A stretch of 45,887 nucleotides of DNA, from the NCBI GenBank assembly GCA_964391095.1, contig CAYMJA010000005.1, positions 1-45,887 of the forward strand, read 5' to 3'. Shown piece after piece: positions 17,196 through 26,910 of the stretch. Source of the DNA: an uncultured Candidatus Saccharibacteria bacterium (GTDB lineage: Bacteria; Patescibacteriota; Minisyncoccia; Minisyncoccales; GWA2-38-27). The notes under the pieces were generated by a model. That model saw only the letters and a list, made by a program, of their open reading frames with translations, was not told the DNA's origin and ran no database searches. The first letter of the stretch is position 1. The number at the start of each line of letters is the position of its first letter. A program made the position numbers and the translations under genes.

Positions 17196-19976
17196 ATGAA
17201 AAGATTGATGGTGTTAGGAGTACTTATAGTAGGTCTTCTGATTGGTAGGCGAGCAGATGCCTTTTTTAGGGAAGATACAATTAAAAAAACCAGCAAAGAG
17301 CTTAAGGCCTCTCAATATAAGGGTCCTCCCCACATAGACAGCATAGAGCCATCCTTAGGAGCGCCAAATATACCTATTACAATAAAGGGAAGAAATTTAG
17401 GGTCCCGCTGGGTGAGATTTGGATGGCAAACAGCCGAAGTAATAGATTACAGCGATGATAAAATTGTAGTTAGGGTTCCTCCTCCCCCTTATCGGAAGAA
17501 CAGAACAGTTAAAGTAAAAGTAGGAACACTTGAGATTAGCAATAGTCTTTTATTTACCTATAAGGATCCTGAGATAAAATCAATTTTTCCCTCTTCGGGG
17601 AAAATAGATACAGAAGTAACAATAGAGGGTCGGTATTTCGGAGTTAAGGGTATCCATTCCATCCTTCCCCATCCTACCTTTTGGGTAAAATTTGGTAAAT
17701 CTTGCGTTGGGCTTGATATAAAAATATGGGAAGACAAAAAGATAGTTGTAAAAGCCCCTTCGGATTATGGAACAGGCAAATTAGATGAGAGAATGACGAA
17801 GTGGATGATAAAATTTGCTATCGCTGGAGCTACTGGGGGGATAACTATTCCCGAGTTTGTTCTTGATGTTATTAAAGACCTTGCCACGAGTGGGGTAAGG
17901 ATACCTCCGGGAAAAAGTAAAATATTAGTAGATGTAGCAATAAGAACTCCTGTCGGAACAAGCAATACCAAAGTATTTACCTATCAGCTTTCAGATGAGA
18001 ATTTGCCACCCGAGGGGGAGGAAGAAGTCCCAGAACATTTAATCTTTGCTGTGTATGCTACCCGGGCGGGACATGTTGGTGATAAAACTGCAAATGGGCA
18101 TCTGATTCAATCCAACGATCATTTTGTAGCCCTACCTTCAAATAAAGTCCTTTGCAGCAAAGGAGGCCGCCAGTTTGAGGTACGCATTACTTACCAAGGA
18201 AAGTCTGTAATAGCCCCGGTATGGGATGTGGGTCCCTGGAATATCTATGATAATTATTGGGAACCTGAACTCAAAAGAGAGATTTACGACCATCTTCGTT
18301 TTGGAGGTCAACCTGGGCTTGGTCAAGGAATTCCAGAGGCTCAAGCAGCCAAGTTGAATAATTATAACAAAGGATTTAGTGGAGATTTTTTGCCCCATAA
18401 ACTTCCTCAAGGTCAGTATGTTAAAAGTCCTGCTGGGATTGATTTAGCCGATGGCACCTGGAATGATCTTGGAATGACTGACAATGATTGGGTAACAGTA
18501 GAGTTTTTGTGGACTATCTCTAAACCGGTTAGTCCTGAAGAAGGACTGGTTACAGCTTTGGTAATAGACAGGTCGGGTAGTATGAGGGGAGAGAAAATTA
18601 AAAAAGCCAAGATTGCTGCTTATATTTATGTTAATACCAGCCAACCGGGAAGAGATTCAGTTTCATTGGCAGCTTTTTCCAGTGATGGCAAAAGTATCGC
18701 TGAACCGATTTCCATAAATAATGAAGGAAAAGAGATTCTAAAAAAAGATATTTCTTCTCTTTCAGCCGGAGGAAATACCAATGTTGGCTCAGGATTAACT
18801 ATAGCTCTTGGTCATCTTTCTTCTTCTAATCGGAAAGATAAGAAAGCAGTTCTAATATCTGATGGCAGGCATAATACCGGTACCTATAAGCCGGAAGTTG
18901 CTGAGTTTCAAAAAAGAGGATGGCCAATTTATACGGTGGCTTTTGGCGGAGACGCTGACCGAGAAATGCTTAACTGGATTGCCAATCAAACTGGTGGCCA
19001 GTCCCTCGCGCTTGATATGGCTAATATAGGCAGCGGTTATCACAAGATTAATGTTATGGCTCACAACGGCTCGATTTACCGCAGTTACAATGATTTTATT
19101 CGGCCGGGGCAAAAATTAACTTATAATATTCCGGTTGAGCCAGATATGAAAAGGGTGGGATTTTTCACCAACTGGCAGGGAAGCAAAATGGAGACAATTC
19201 TCTTTTCTCCCAGCAAAACGATGATAAATCGCTCCAATATCAGTAATCAGGGAAGATTTATTGAGGGAGAAACCCACAGTTGCTTTGAGATAGATAACCC
19301 TCAGTGCGGTAATTGGCAGGCCATTATTGCCGGATATGACCTTCCCTCAAAAGGAGAACAGGTTAATTTTCACTCCTTTTGCCAGTCAGATATTTTTTCC
19401 AATGTTTTGAGCTTTCAGCCCAGATATTCTCAAAATCAGGAAGTTCAAATTGGAGTAAAGTTAGCTGAAGTGATAAATGGTCGTCTTTCACCTTTAAGAG
19501 GAGCTCAACCTACAGCTGAAATCAGAAAACCTTCTCCTTCTTTGGAAAAGTTTATTTCTAAGGTTAAAGGAAATAGATTACAGTCCCGGGATATTTTTAC
19601 AATTTTCCAGGAGGTTTCCGGATTTACTGGAAAAATTACTCTTTATGACGATGGGCTTCATAAAGATGTTAGGCCTGGAGACGGGATTTATGCTAATAGT
19701 TACAAGGATACCACTATCAATGGTCCCTATCTGGTTACCATTAATTTTCAGGGTTATACTGCTCAAGGGATGCCGGTTAAAAGAACTCTTCAAGAATCTT
19801 TTCAGGTCGGACCCATTGAACAAAATTCTTTTACTGTCAGCGATTTTCTTAACTTGATAAACCAGCAGGGCAATAACAGACAGGCGCCTAGATATATACC
19901 TGGCCAAGAGCCAGAGGAGATAAAACCTGATGAGATTATAAAGAATCTGCTTGGCCAATTTTTAAAACAGAAATAA
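17196..19976 (+). CDS. Secreted protein with IPT/TIG domains, RlpA-like double-psi barrel region and vWA domain
   Basis: Signal peptide; two P.I.SI.P..G IPT repeats; TANGH...WDVGPWN...GIDLADG; MIDAS DRSGS; LYDDG...DGIY. Confidence 0.8.
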   Translation: MKRLMVLGVLIVGLLIGRRADAFFREDTIKKTSKELKASQYKGPPHIDSIEPSLGAPNIPITIKGRNLGSRWVRFGWQTAEVIDYSDDKIVVRVPPPPYRKNRTVKVKVGTLEISNSLLFTYKDPEIKSIFPSSGKIDTEVTIEGRYFGVKGIHSILPHPTFWVKFGKSCVGLDIKIWEDKKIVVKAPSDYGTGKLDERMTKWMIKFAIAGATGGITIPEFVLDVIKDLATSGVRIPPGKSKILVDVAIRTPVGTSNTKVFTYQLSDENLPPEGEEEVPEHLIFAVYATRAGHVGDKTANGHLIQSNDHFVALPSNKVLCSKGGRQFEVRITYQGKSVIAPVWDVGPWNIYDNYWEPELKREIYDHLRFGGQPGLGQGIPEAQAAKLNNYNKGFSGDFLPHKLPQGQYVKSPAGIDLADGTWNDLGMTDNDWVTVEFLWTISKPVSPEEGLVTALVIDRSGSMRGEKIKKAKIAAYIYVNTSQPGRDSVSLAAFSSDGKSIAEPISINNEGKEILKKDISSLSAGGNTNVGSGLTIALGHLSSSNRKDKKAVLISDGRHNTGTYKPEVAEFQKRGWPIYTVAFGGDADREMLNWIANQTGGQSLALDMANIGSGYHKINVMAHNGSIYRSYNDFIRPGQKLTYNIPVEPDMKRVGFFTNWQGSKMETILFSPSKTMINRSNISNQGRFIEGETHSCFEIDNPQCGNWQAIIAGYDLPSKGEQVNFHSFCQSDIFSNVLSFQPRYSQNQEVQIGVKLAEVINGRLSPLRGAQPTAEIRKPSPSLEKFISKVKGNRLQSRDIFTIFQEVSGFTGKITLYDDGLHKDVRPGDGIYANSYKDTTINGPYLVTINFQGYTAQGMPVKRTLQESFQVGPIEQNSFTVSDFLNLINQQGNNRQAPRYIPGQEPEEIKPDEIIKNLLGQFLKQK

Positions 19977-19982
19977 AAATTA

Positions 19983-20020
19983 ACAATAAAAGGGCTGGAA
20001 AATCCAGCCCTTCTTTTTTT
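19983..20020 (+). terminator. Intrinsic terminator
   Basis: AAGGGCTGGA AAA TCCAGCCCTT followed by T-run. Confidence 0.85.
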
Positions 20021-20163
20021 GAGGTTTTACGACCGACCTTAAACAAAAACTTGACAAACTTGCCTGAATTGATAAAATAAAGTTAGTGCTGAGAACAGCT
20101 TATGTTAAGTTTAGCGAAGCGTTTCTCAGTTTTGATAACTAAAAAAGGAAAGGAGAGATAAAA

Positions 20164-20586
20164 ATGAAGAAGATGGTAACTCTGGGACTGATTGTCTTAA
20201 TGGTGGTTATTTCCACTAGCTGCGCAACTAAGGGTCGGACAGGTGCTCTACTCGGTTCCGTGCTCGGAGCAGGTACTGGAGCAATTATCGGTCACCGATC
20301 AGGCCATGCAGCTGAAGGCGCTCTTGCTGGCGGTGCTCTCGGAGGAATCGGCGGTTATGTTGTAGGCAATGAGATGGATAAAGGCCAAGCCAAACAAACA
20401 ACCCAACAAGATATTGAAGCTGCTAGGCAAGCCGCCAATACTACTGTGGTTAATATTCATAACAGCAACGGAAGCATTACTCCGGTAGTAATAAAGCAAG
20501 TAGGAGGGAGATGGATAGGGCCTCGCGGAGAGGAATATATCTCTTGTCCCACCGAAGAACAGTTGAAACCAGTTTATGGATTCTAA
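20164..20586 (+). CDS. Glycine-zipper putative lipoprotein
   Basis: Signal ending STSC; GALLGSVLGAGTGAIIG...GALAGGALGGIGG. Confidence 0.8.
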   Translation: MKKMVTLGLIVLMVVISTSCATKGRTGALLGSVLGAGTGAIIGHRSGHAAEGALAGGALGGIGGYVVGNEMDKGQAKQTTQQDIEAARQAANTTVVNIHNSNGSITPVVIKQVGGRWIGPRGEEYISCPTEEQLKPVYGF

Positions 20587-20710
20587 CCCAGTCCAAAAAA
20601 GCCTTCAAAAAGCGCGGAAGATTGATAATATCATTCGCGCTCTTTTTTTGATAAAAAATAATTAATTTGTTAAAATAGAATTAGTACCTTAATAAGAAGA
20701 AAGAGGGGTG

Positions 20711-21153
20711 ATGAAAGTGAGAAAACAATTGAAAAGAAAAATCCAAGGGGGCTGGAAGAGAAAAGATGGAATTTTCGTCGAGATTAGAAAAGAAGTTCAA
20801 AAGAAGATGTCAACAGAACCGGAATTTTCAGCTATTATTGGTAAATTGAGGGAGGATAAGGTTGCTAAAGCACTTCAGAGTTTAAAAGAGAAGGGAGAAA
20901 TTCATGATTACTTAAAGTCAGGAAAATTAAGTTATCTTGATTTAATTGAGGGGGTGGATTTTATTTTCATTTATATTGATGGCTGTTATAAAGTTTGTCG
21001 TTTTTCAGTAACCGGATGGAGGTGGCTCGAAGAGCATCAAAAAAACATCCTGAAATTCCAACATTGCCAATTACCTTAGAAGAGAGCAGGAAGTCGGTTG
21101 AACAAAAAATTATGCAGATCTTGAAAAATAATGAGAGTAAGCAATCTCATTAA
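20711..21153 (+). pseudogene. Hypothetical protein with apparent frameshift in an A7 tract
   Basis: Adding one A at 21039-21045 gives ...HQKKHPEIPTLPITLEESRKSVEQKIMQILKNNESKQSH*, ending right before a hairpin at about 21155-21187. Confidence 0.6.
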
Positions 21154-21218
21154 TAAAGAGCTCATTTGTTCTAAGATGGGCTCTTTAATCTGTTTAAGAA
21201 ATTTGATAAGATAATCTA

Positions 21219-24215
21219 ATGAATATTCAAGATAAATTGAATAAAAAACAAAAACAGGCAGTTATTTACGGCGAGGGACCGCTTCTGATTGTGGCCGGAG
21301 CAGGCACTGGCAAGACAACGGTGATTACCCAGCGCATTGTTTATTTAATTGAAAAGGGCAGAGCCAAACCAGAAGAAATTTTAGCAGTGACTTTTACCGA
21401 CAAAGCAGCCGGAGAAATGGAAGAACGGGTGGATCGACTTTTACCCTACGGCTACATAGATTTATGGATTTCTACCTTTCATTCTTTTTGCGAAAGAATT
21501 TTAAAAGAGCATGCTTTGGATATTGGCTTGCCTCCTGATTTTAAATTATTAGACCAAACTGCTGCCTGGCTTTTGGTTAGACAAAATTTAGATAAATTTA
21601 ACCTTGATTATTACAAGCCCTTGGGCAGACCAACTAAATTTGTCCAGGTTTTAATTTCTCATTTTTCCCGCTGTAAAGACCAGGGGATTTATCCAGAGGA
21701 TTATTTAAAATATAGCGAAAGTTTAAAAACCAACCTTACTGATTTACCGGAAAACCAGGAAACAGAGAGAATTAAAGAGGTTGCCAACGCTTATCATGTT
21801 TATCAAAACTTGCTTTTAGAGAATAGTTTTTTAGATTTTGGCGACTTAATTAATTATTGTTTAAAACTTTTTCAAAAAAGACCGCTTATCTTAAAAGAGT
21901 ATAGGAAAAAATTTAAATATATCTTAATTGATGAATTTCAGGATACTAACTGGGCTCAGTATGAATTAGCAAAAATATTGGCATTCCCGCGTAATAATTT
22001 AACGGTTTCAGCTGACGACGACCAAGCAATTTATAGATGGCGCGGAGCTTCTTTTAATAATATTATCCAATTCAGAAAAGATTTTTCCAAGGCAAAAGAA
22101 ATATCCTTGATTAGAAATTATCGTTCTACTCAAAATATCTTAGATTTGGCTTATAAATTTATTAAAGCTAATAATCCCAATCGGCTTGAATATGTTAGTG
22201 GAGTTAATAAAAAATTAATTGCTTACAAAAAAGGTAAGGGTCTTATTGAATACTTGCATTTTAAAGATTCAGATGAGGAAACTCAGGGAGTAATTAATAA
22301 AATTGTGGAAATTTTGAAAAAAGACAAAGAAGCAAATTTTAGTGATTTTGCTATTTTGGTTAGAGTTAATGAATCGGCTAACTCATTTGTCAGGGCATTA
22401 GAGAGAGCAGGTTTTCCTTATCAGTTTTTAGCTTCTCGGGGACTTTATACTAAGCCGGTTATTTTAGATATTATTTCTTATCTCAAACTTTTAGATAATT
22501 ATCAGGAGGGTTCGGCAATTTATAGAATTTTGAATTTGCCATTTTTAGAAATTTCTTCGGAGGAGATAATGAAAATTACTCAATACAGTTGGCGGAAAGC
22601 AAAACCAGTTTATGAAATTCTCCAAGAACTTCCTTTAATTCACGGTCTTTCCCCAAAAACCCATAATAAAATTAATTTTCTTTTAAGTTTACTTAAAAAA
22701 CATACCGAACTGTCGCGCCAGAAAAATGTTTCTGAGATTTTGGTTGCCTTTTTAAAAGATTCCGGTTATCTAAATTATTTAATAGATAAAGAGAATAAAC
22801 AGGACCTGGATTTAATTAACCAGTTTTATAAAAAGCTCAAAGAATTTGAGGAATCAGCAATAGAACCAACCCTTAGAAATTTTATAGAAAAAATAAATTT
22901 AGAAATAGAATCAGGCGAGCAAGGCAAACTTGAATTTGACCCTGAACAGGGGCCGGATATGGTGAGAATAATGACTATTCATTCAGCCAAGGGTCTGGAA
23001 TTCAAATATGTATTTTTAGTTAATTTAACAGACAGAAAATTTCCAACCACTGAACGTAGAGAATTGATTGAAATTCCCCAGGAATTAGTTAAAGAAATTA
23101 TTCCTGAAGGCGATGTCCATTTACAGGAAGAGAGGCGGCTTTGTTATGTGGCAATGACTCGGGCAAAGGAAAAGTTGTTTTTTACTTCAGCCGATAATTA
23201 TAGCGGCTTGAGAAAAAAGAAGCCATCAAGATTTTTAATTGAAATGGGTCTCAGTAAAGAGGCTGATAAATTAAAGAGCAGAATCAGAGGTCTAAAACCC
23301 GATGTTTCAACACTAACTGGTTCATTAACACCCGATGTTAAATCTTTAACAATGTCGGGTGTTAAAGGTGTTAAATCGGTTGGTGTTAAGGGTATTAAGG
23401 GTTTTGTGCCTTCTCATTTTTCGTTTTCTCAATTAGCAGCTTTTGAGAAATGTCCCTTGCAATATAAATTTGCCTATATTCTGAAAGTGCCGGTTAGGGG
23501 TAAGGCAGTTTTCTCTTTTGGCAAGACAATACACAACGTTTTATATGAATTTGTGAAGTTGGTTAACCAACAGAAAGCCCAGAGCAATTTGTTTGGTTCT
23601 GTAAAAAAGAGTGTTTCAGTCCCGGGGCATCTTACTACAGCAAAAAAAAGGAATTACGGTTTTGAGGATTTAATCAAAATATACGAGCAGAAATGGATTG
23701 ATGAATGGTATGAATCTCAAACCCAAAAACAAGAATATTATAAATTAGGTAAGAAAATACTGAAAGATTTTTACAGTCGGTTCTTAAAAATGCCGCCTGA
23801 AATTTTAAGAGTTAATAACCAAATTGCTTTGGAACTGCCCTTTAAGCTAAAAGTTGGAGAACACATTTTGTTTGGCAGGATAGATAGAATTGATAAATTA
23901 GAAAATGGAGTTAGAGTTATTGACTACAAAACAGGGAGATTTAAAGAAAAATTATCTTTAGAAGATAAGCAACAGCTTTTGATTTATCAAATTGCCGCCG
24001 AAGAAGTTTTTGGACTTAGACCATCAGAACTCGGTTATTATTATCTGGAAAAAGGAAAGATAACTTCTTTTTTAGGCAAAGAAAAGGAAAAAGAGAAGCA
24101 GAAAGAAAAAATATTGTCAGAGATTGAAAAAATTAGAAAAAGCGATTTTGCTCCAAGTCCTGGCTGGCAGTGCAAGTTTTGTGATTTTAGAGATATTTGC
24201 GATTACGCCTCCTGA
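21219..24215 (+). CDS. UvrD/PcrA-family helicase fused to a C-terminal PD-(D/E)XK nuclease
   Basis: AGAGTGKT, DEFQD, TIHSAKGLEF, EERRLCYVAMTRAK; GRIDRID, IDYKTG, CKFCDF..C. Confidence 0.95.
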   Translation: MNIQDKLNKKQKQAVIYGEGPLLIVAGAGTGKTTVITQRIVYLIEKGRAKPEEILAVTFTDKAAGEMEERVDRLLPYGYIDLWISTFHSFCERILKEHALDIGLPPDFKLLDQTAAWLLVRQNLDKFNLDYYKPLGRPTKFVQVLISHFSRCKDQGIYPEDYLKYSESLKTNLTDLPENQETERIKEVANAYHVYQNLLLENSFLDFGDLINYCLKLFQKRPLILKEYRKKFKYILIDEFQDTNWAQYELAKILAFPRNNLTVSADDDQAIYRWRGASFNNIIQFRKDFSKAKEISLIRNYRSTQNILDLAYKFIKANNPNRLEYVSGVNKKLIAYKKGKGLIEYLHFKDSDEETQGVINKIVEILKKDKEANFSDFAILVRVNESANSFVRALERAGFPYQFLASRGLYTKPVILDIISYLKLLDNYQEGSAIYRILNLPFLEISSEEIMKITQYSWRKAKPVYEILQELPLIHGLSPKTHNKINFLLSLLKKHTELSRQKNVSEILVAFLKDSGYLNYLIDKENKQDLDLINQFYKKLKEFEESAIEPTLRNFIEKINLEIESGEQGKLEFDPEQGPDMVRIMTIHSAKGLEFKYVFLVNLTDRKFPTTERRELIEIPQELVKEIIPEGDVHLQEERRLCYVAMTRAKEKLFFTSADNYSGLRKKKPSRFLIEMGLSKEADKLKSRIRGLKPDVSTLTGSLTPDVKSLTMSGVKGVKSVGVKGIKGFVPSHFSFSQLAAFEKCPLQYKFAYILKVPVRGKAVFSFGKTIHNVLYEFVKLVNQQKAQSNLFGSVKKSVSVPGHLTTAKKRNYGFEDLIKIYEQKWIDEWYESQTQKQEYYKLGKKILKDFYSRFLKMPPEILRVNNQIALELPFKLKVGEHILFGRIDRIDKLENGVRVIDYKTGRFKEKLSLEDKQQLLIYQIAAEEVFGLRPSELGYYYLEKGKITSFLGKEKEKEKQKEKILSEIEKIRKSDFAPSPGWQCKFCDFRDICDYAS

Positions 24216-24291
24216 TTCAAGTTACAGAGGACAGACCTCTGTAACATTTAAAACACTTGTTAAATTTTTTCTTTGGAGGTAAAATAAAACA

Positions 24292-25911
24292 ATGAAAAGT
24301 AAAAAGCATGCCCTGCGTCATCCGAGCGGAACGAGGATTGGTGCGAGGTTAAAAACTAAAAAGACGGTCTCAAGGAAACCTTTCTCTTTTTTAAAAAGGA
24401 AAGAGGTTAGAATTCCCAAAAAGAAGCGCAGTTCGGAATCAGACATTCACAAGACCAAAATCAGGCTTATCGGCGTTGGTGGAGGTGGTGGTTCAATTGT
24501 TTCAGAAATTGCCTTCAGGATGAAGAAAGCAGATTTTGTAGTGGCTAATACTGATAGTCAGGCTCTTAAAAAAGTAGCAAAGAAAGTGAAACGATTTCAA
24601 TTTGGCCAGGATTTAACTCAGGGCTTAGGTACTGGTATGAATGTGGAGATAGGGGAGCAGGCCGCCCAAAACGAGAAGGAAAAGATAAAAAAGCTTTTTG
24701 AGAACCAGGACGTTTGTATTATAGTCGCTTCCTTAGGCGGGGGAACCGGCTCGGGCGCTGTTCCTATTTTTGCTAAAATTGCTAATAAATTAGATTGTCT
24801 TACTTATGGAATTTTTACTTTACCGTTTGAATTTGAGGGAGAAAAAAAGATGGAAATTGCCAAAGAGTCCCTCAGGAGAATAAAATCACACCTTAACGCT
24901 TATTCGGTTATTCCTAATGAAAGAATTTTCCAGATTATTAATAAAGATATCCCCTTAAAAAATGCTCTTTCTGCTATTAATCAGAAATTAGCCGAAAATT
25001 TGGAGGGATTAATTGAAATGATTTATTTGCCCGGTTTGGTTAATATTGATTTTGCTGACCTGAGAACAATCCTCGCCGGCAAAGCCAGGTTGGCTTATTT
25101 AAATACCGTAACAGTTGAAGCACCTAACAAACCTGCCCACAATGCTTCGCATAGCGATGCAGGCGAGGAAGAGGCAGTTAAAAAAGTGATTTCTAGTTCG
25201 TTGTATCCTTATACTATTAAAGGAGCCAAGGGGATTTTATATAATATATCAAGCGACAAGACACTTCAACTTTCAGAAGTTTCTCAAATATCAAAGATAA
25301 TTTCTGAATCAATCCACAAGAAAGCTAAAATTATTTTTGGCATTAATCAGAACCCAAAACTTCAACATAAAATTAAAATAACCTTGCTGGCTGTTGGCTG
25401 CGGCCTAAAAGGGGTTTTACTAAAACCTTCTCCAGAAAAAATAGAGAAAAAAAATAAAAAATATCCTGTTCCAAAAAGAGCAAAAATTAAAACAAAGACA
25501 AAAATAAAAGTAAAACCACTCTCCATTTTCTTAAAGAAAGCGAAGGGTAAACCTTCTACTATTTTTCACTCTGTTAAACGCAAAGATAGAAAGAAAAAGA
25601 GGAATAGATTAAAGATTAAGAAACCAGAGAAGAAAAATAAAGAAAATCCTTTAGAAGTTACAAAAATAAATCCCGTTAGAGATTCTAAAAGTAAAGAGGG
25701 GATACAGAACAAACATATCTCTAACGGGGTAAAGAGAAAACCCAAGAAGCAACCATTAGATTATAATCGCTATTCTCAAGAATTAGGGAACGAAAAGGTT
25801 AGACGAAGCGGTCTTCAAGTAAAAGAAGCGGTTGAGAGGGAAGAAAAAAAGATATTAGAGAGGGAAAAAATTTGGGAAACACCAGCAATTTTCAGGAAAA
25901 AAAACAAATGA
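24292..25911 (+). CDS. ftsZ: Cell division protein FtsZ with long Lys-rich tail
   Basis: GVGGGG, NTDSQAL, LGGGTGSG, PFEFEG, NIDFADL, terminal ETPAIFRK. Confidence 0.9.
   Translation: MKSKKHALRHPSGTRIGARLKTKKTVSRKPFSFLKRKEVRIPKKKRSSESDIHKTKIRLIGVGGGGGSIVSEIAFRMKKADFVVANTDSQALKKVAKKVKRFQFGQDLTQGLGTGMNVEIGEQAAQNEKEKIKKLFENQDVCIIVASLGGGTGSGAVPIFAKIANKLDCLTYGIFTLPFEFEGEKKMEIAKESLRRIKSHLNAYSVIPNERIFQIINKDIPLKNALSAINQKLAENLEGLIEMIYLPGLVNIDFADLRTILAGKARLAYLNTVTVEAPNKPAHNASHSDAGEEEAVKKVISSSLYPYTIKGAKGILYNISSDKTLQLSEVSQISKIISESIHKKAKIIFGINQNPKLQHKIKITLLAVGCGLKGVLLKPSPEKIEKKNKKYPVPKRAKIKTKTKIKVKPLSIFLKKAKGKPSTIFHSVKRKDRKKKRNRLKIKKPEKKNKENPLEVTKINPVRDSKSKEGIQNKHISNGVKRKPKKQPLDYNRYSQELGNEKVRRSGLQVKEAVEREEKKILEREKIWETPAIFRKKNK
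25131..25165. repeat. Short dispersed element in ftsZ, second copy at 45348-45384
   Basis: ACCTGCCC[A/G]CAATGCTTCGCATAGCGATGCAGGCG, 34 of 35 nt identical. Confidence 0.9.
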
Positions 25912-25970
25912 ATGATGAATAATGAACAAAACAAATTAAATACTCTTCGCTGTTCATTGACCGCTGATTT

Positions 25971-26846
25971 ATGGAGGTTAAAAAAGTAATTATTCCTATT
26001 GCCGGATTGGCTACAAGGTTTTTACCTCTGTCGAAAGTTGTGCCAAAAGAGGTTTGGCCTTTAGTCGACCTGCCGGTGATTCAATATATTATCGCCGAAG
26101 CAAAAAATTCAGGTATTCGTGAAATAGTTTTTGTTTTCAAACCAGAAAATAAAAAAATAGTTTTTGATTACTTAAAACCTTCTCTTAAATTAGAAAAGAC
26201 TTTAAAAGAAAAAAAACGAGATACTCTTTTAACAGAACTTAAAAAATCAGAAGATATTTTCAGAAGTATTTCTTTTTCTTATGTTTTTCAAAAAAAATCT
26301 TTAGGAGACGGCCATGCTATTTTACAAGCAGCAAAGCTTGTAAAGGAAGAACCAGCGGCTTGTTTGTTCGCAGATGATATTGTAGATTCAAGAATTCCTT
26401 GTCTTTTGCAACTGAAGAAAATTTTTAGAACCTGTCAAAAACCGGTTATTGCTCTTTATCGACTTCCCAGGGAAAAACTTTCTTCTTACGGGATAGTTAA
26501 GGTTGAGAAAATCGCTAACCGTCTTTATAAGGTTAAAAAAATTGTGGAAAAACCCTCTTTAGAACAAGCACCTTCTGATTTGGCTATTGTTGGAAAATAT
26601 ATTTTAACCCCTGAGGTTTTTGATTATTTAAAAAAAGCTAAGTTTAATAAAAAAGGAGAGATAATTCTTGCTGAAGTTTTAGATAAGATGTTAACAGATG
26701 GTAAAGTAATTTATGGATATGAATTTGAAGGGAAGTGGCTTGAATGCGGGAACAAATTTAACTGGTTAAAGTCCCATCTTTATCTTAGTTTGCAACATCC
26801 CCAAATAGGTCCGGAATTAAGAAAGTATTTAAAAGAGATTACTTAA
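25971..26846 (+). CDS. galU: UTP-glucose-1-phosphate uridylyltransferase
   Basis: IPIAGLATRFLP.SK..PKE, LGDGHAI, VEKP. Confidence 0.85.
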   Translation: MEVKKVIIPIAGLATRFLPLSKVVPKEVWPLVDLPVIQYIIAEAKNSGIREIVFVFKPENKKIVFDYLKPSLKLEKTLKEKKRDTLLTELKKSEDIFRSISFSYVFQKKSLGDGHAILQAAKLVKEEPAACLFADDIVDSRIPCLLQLKKIFRTCQKPVIALYRLPREKLSSYGIVKVEKIANRLYKVKKIVEKPSLEQAPSDLAIVGKYILTPEVFDYLKKAKFNKKGEIILAEVLDKMLTDGKVIYGYEFEGKWLECGNKFNWLKSHLYLSLQHPQIGPELRKYLKEIT

Positions 26847-26910
26847 TTATGTTTAAGACCTATGTTCAAGGTCGGACCTTGAACACCAGATCTTGAACAT
26901 TATTTAAAAT

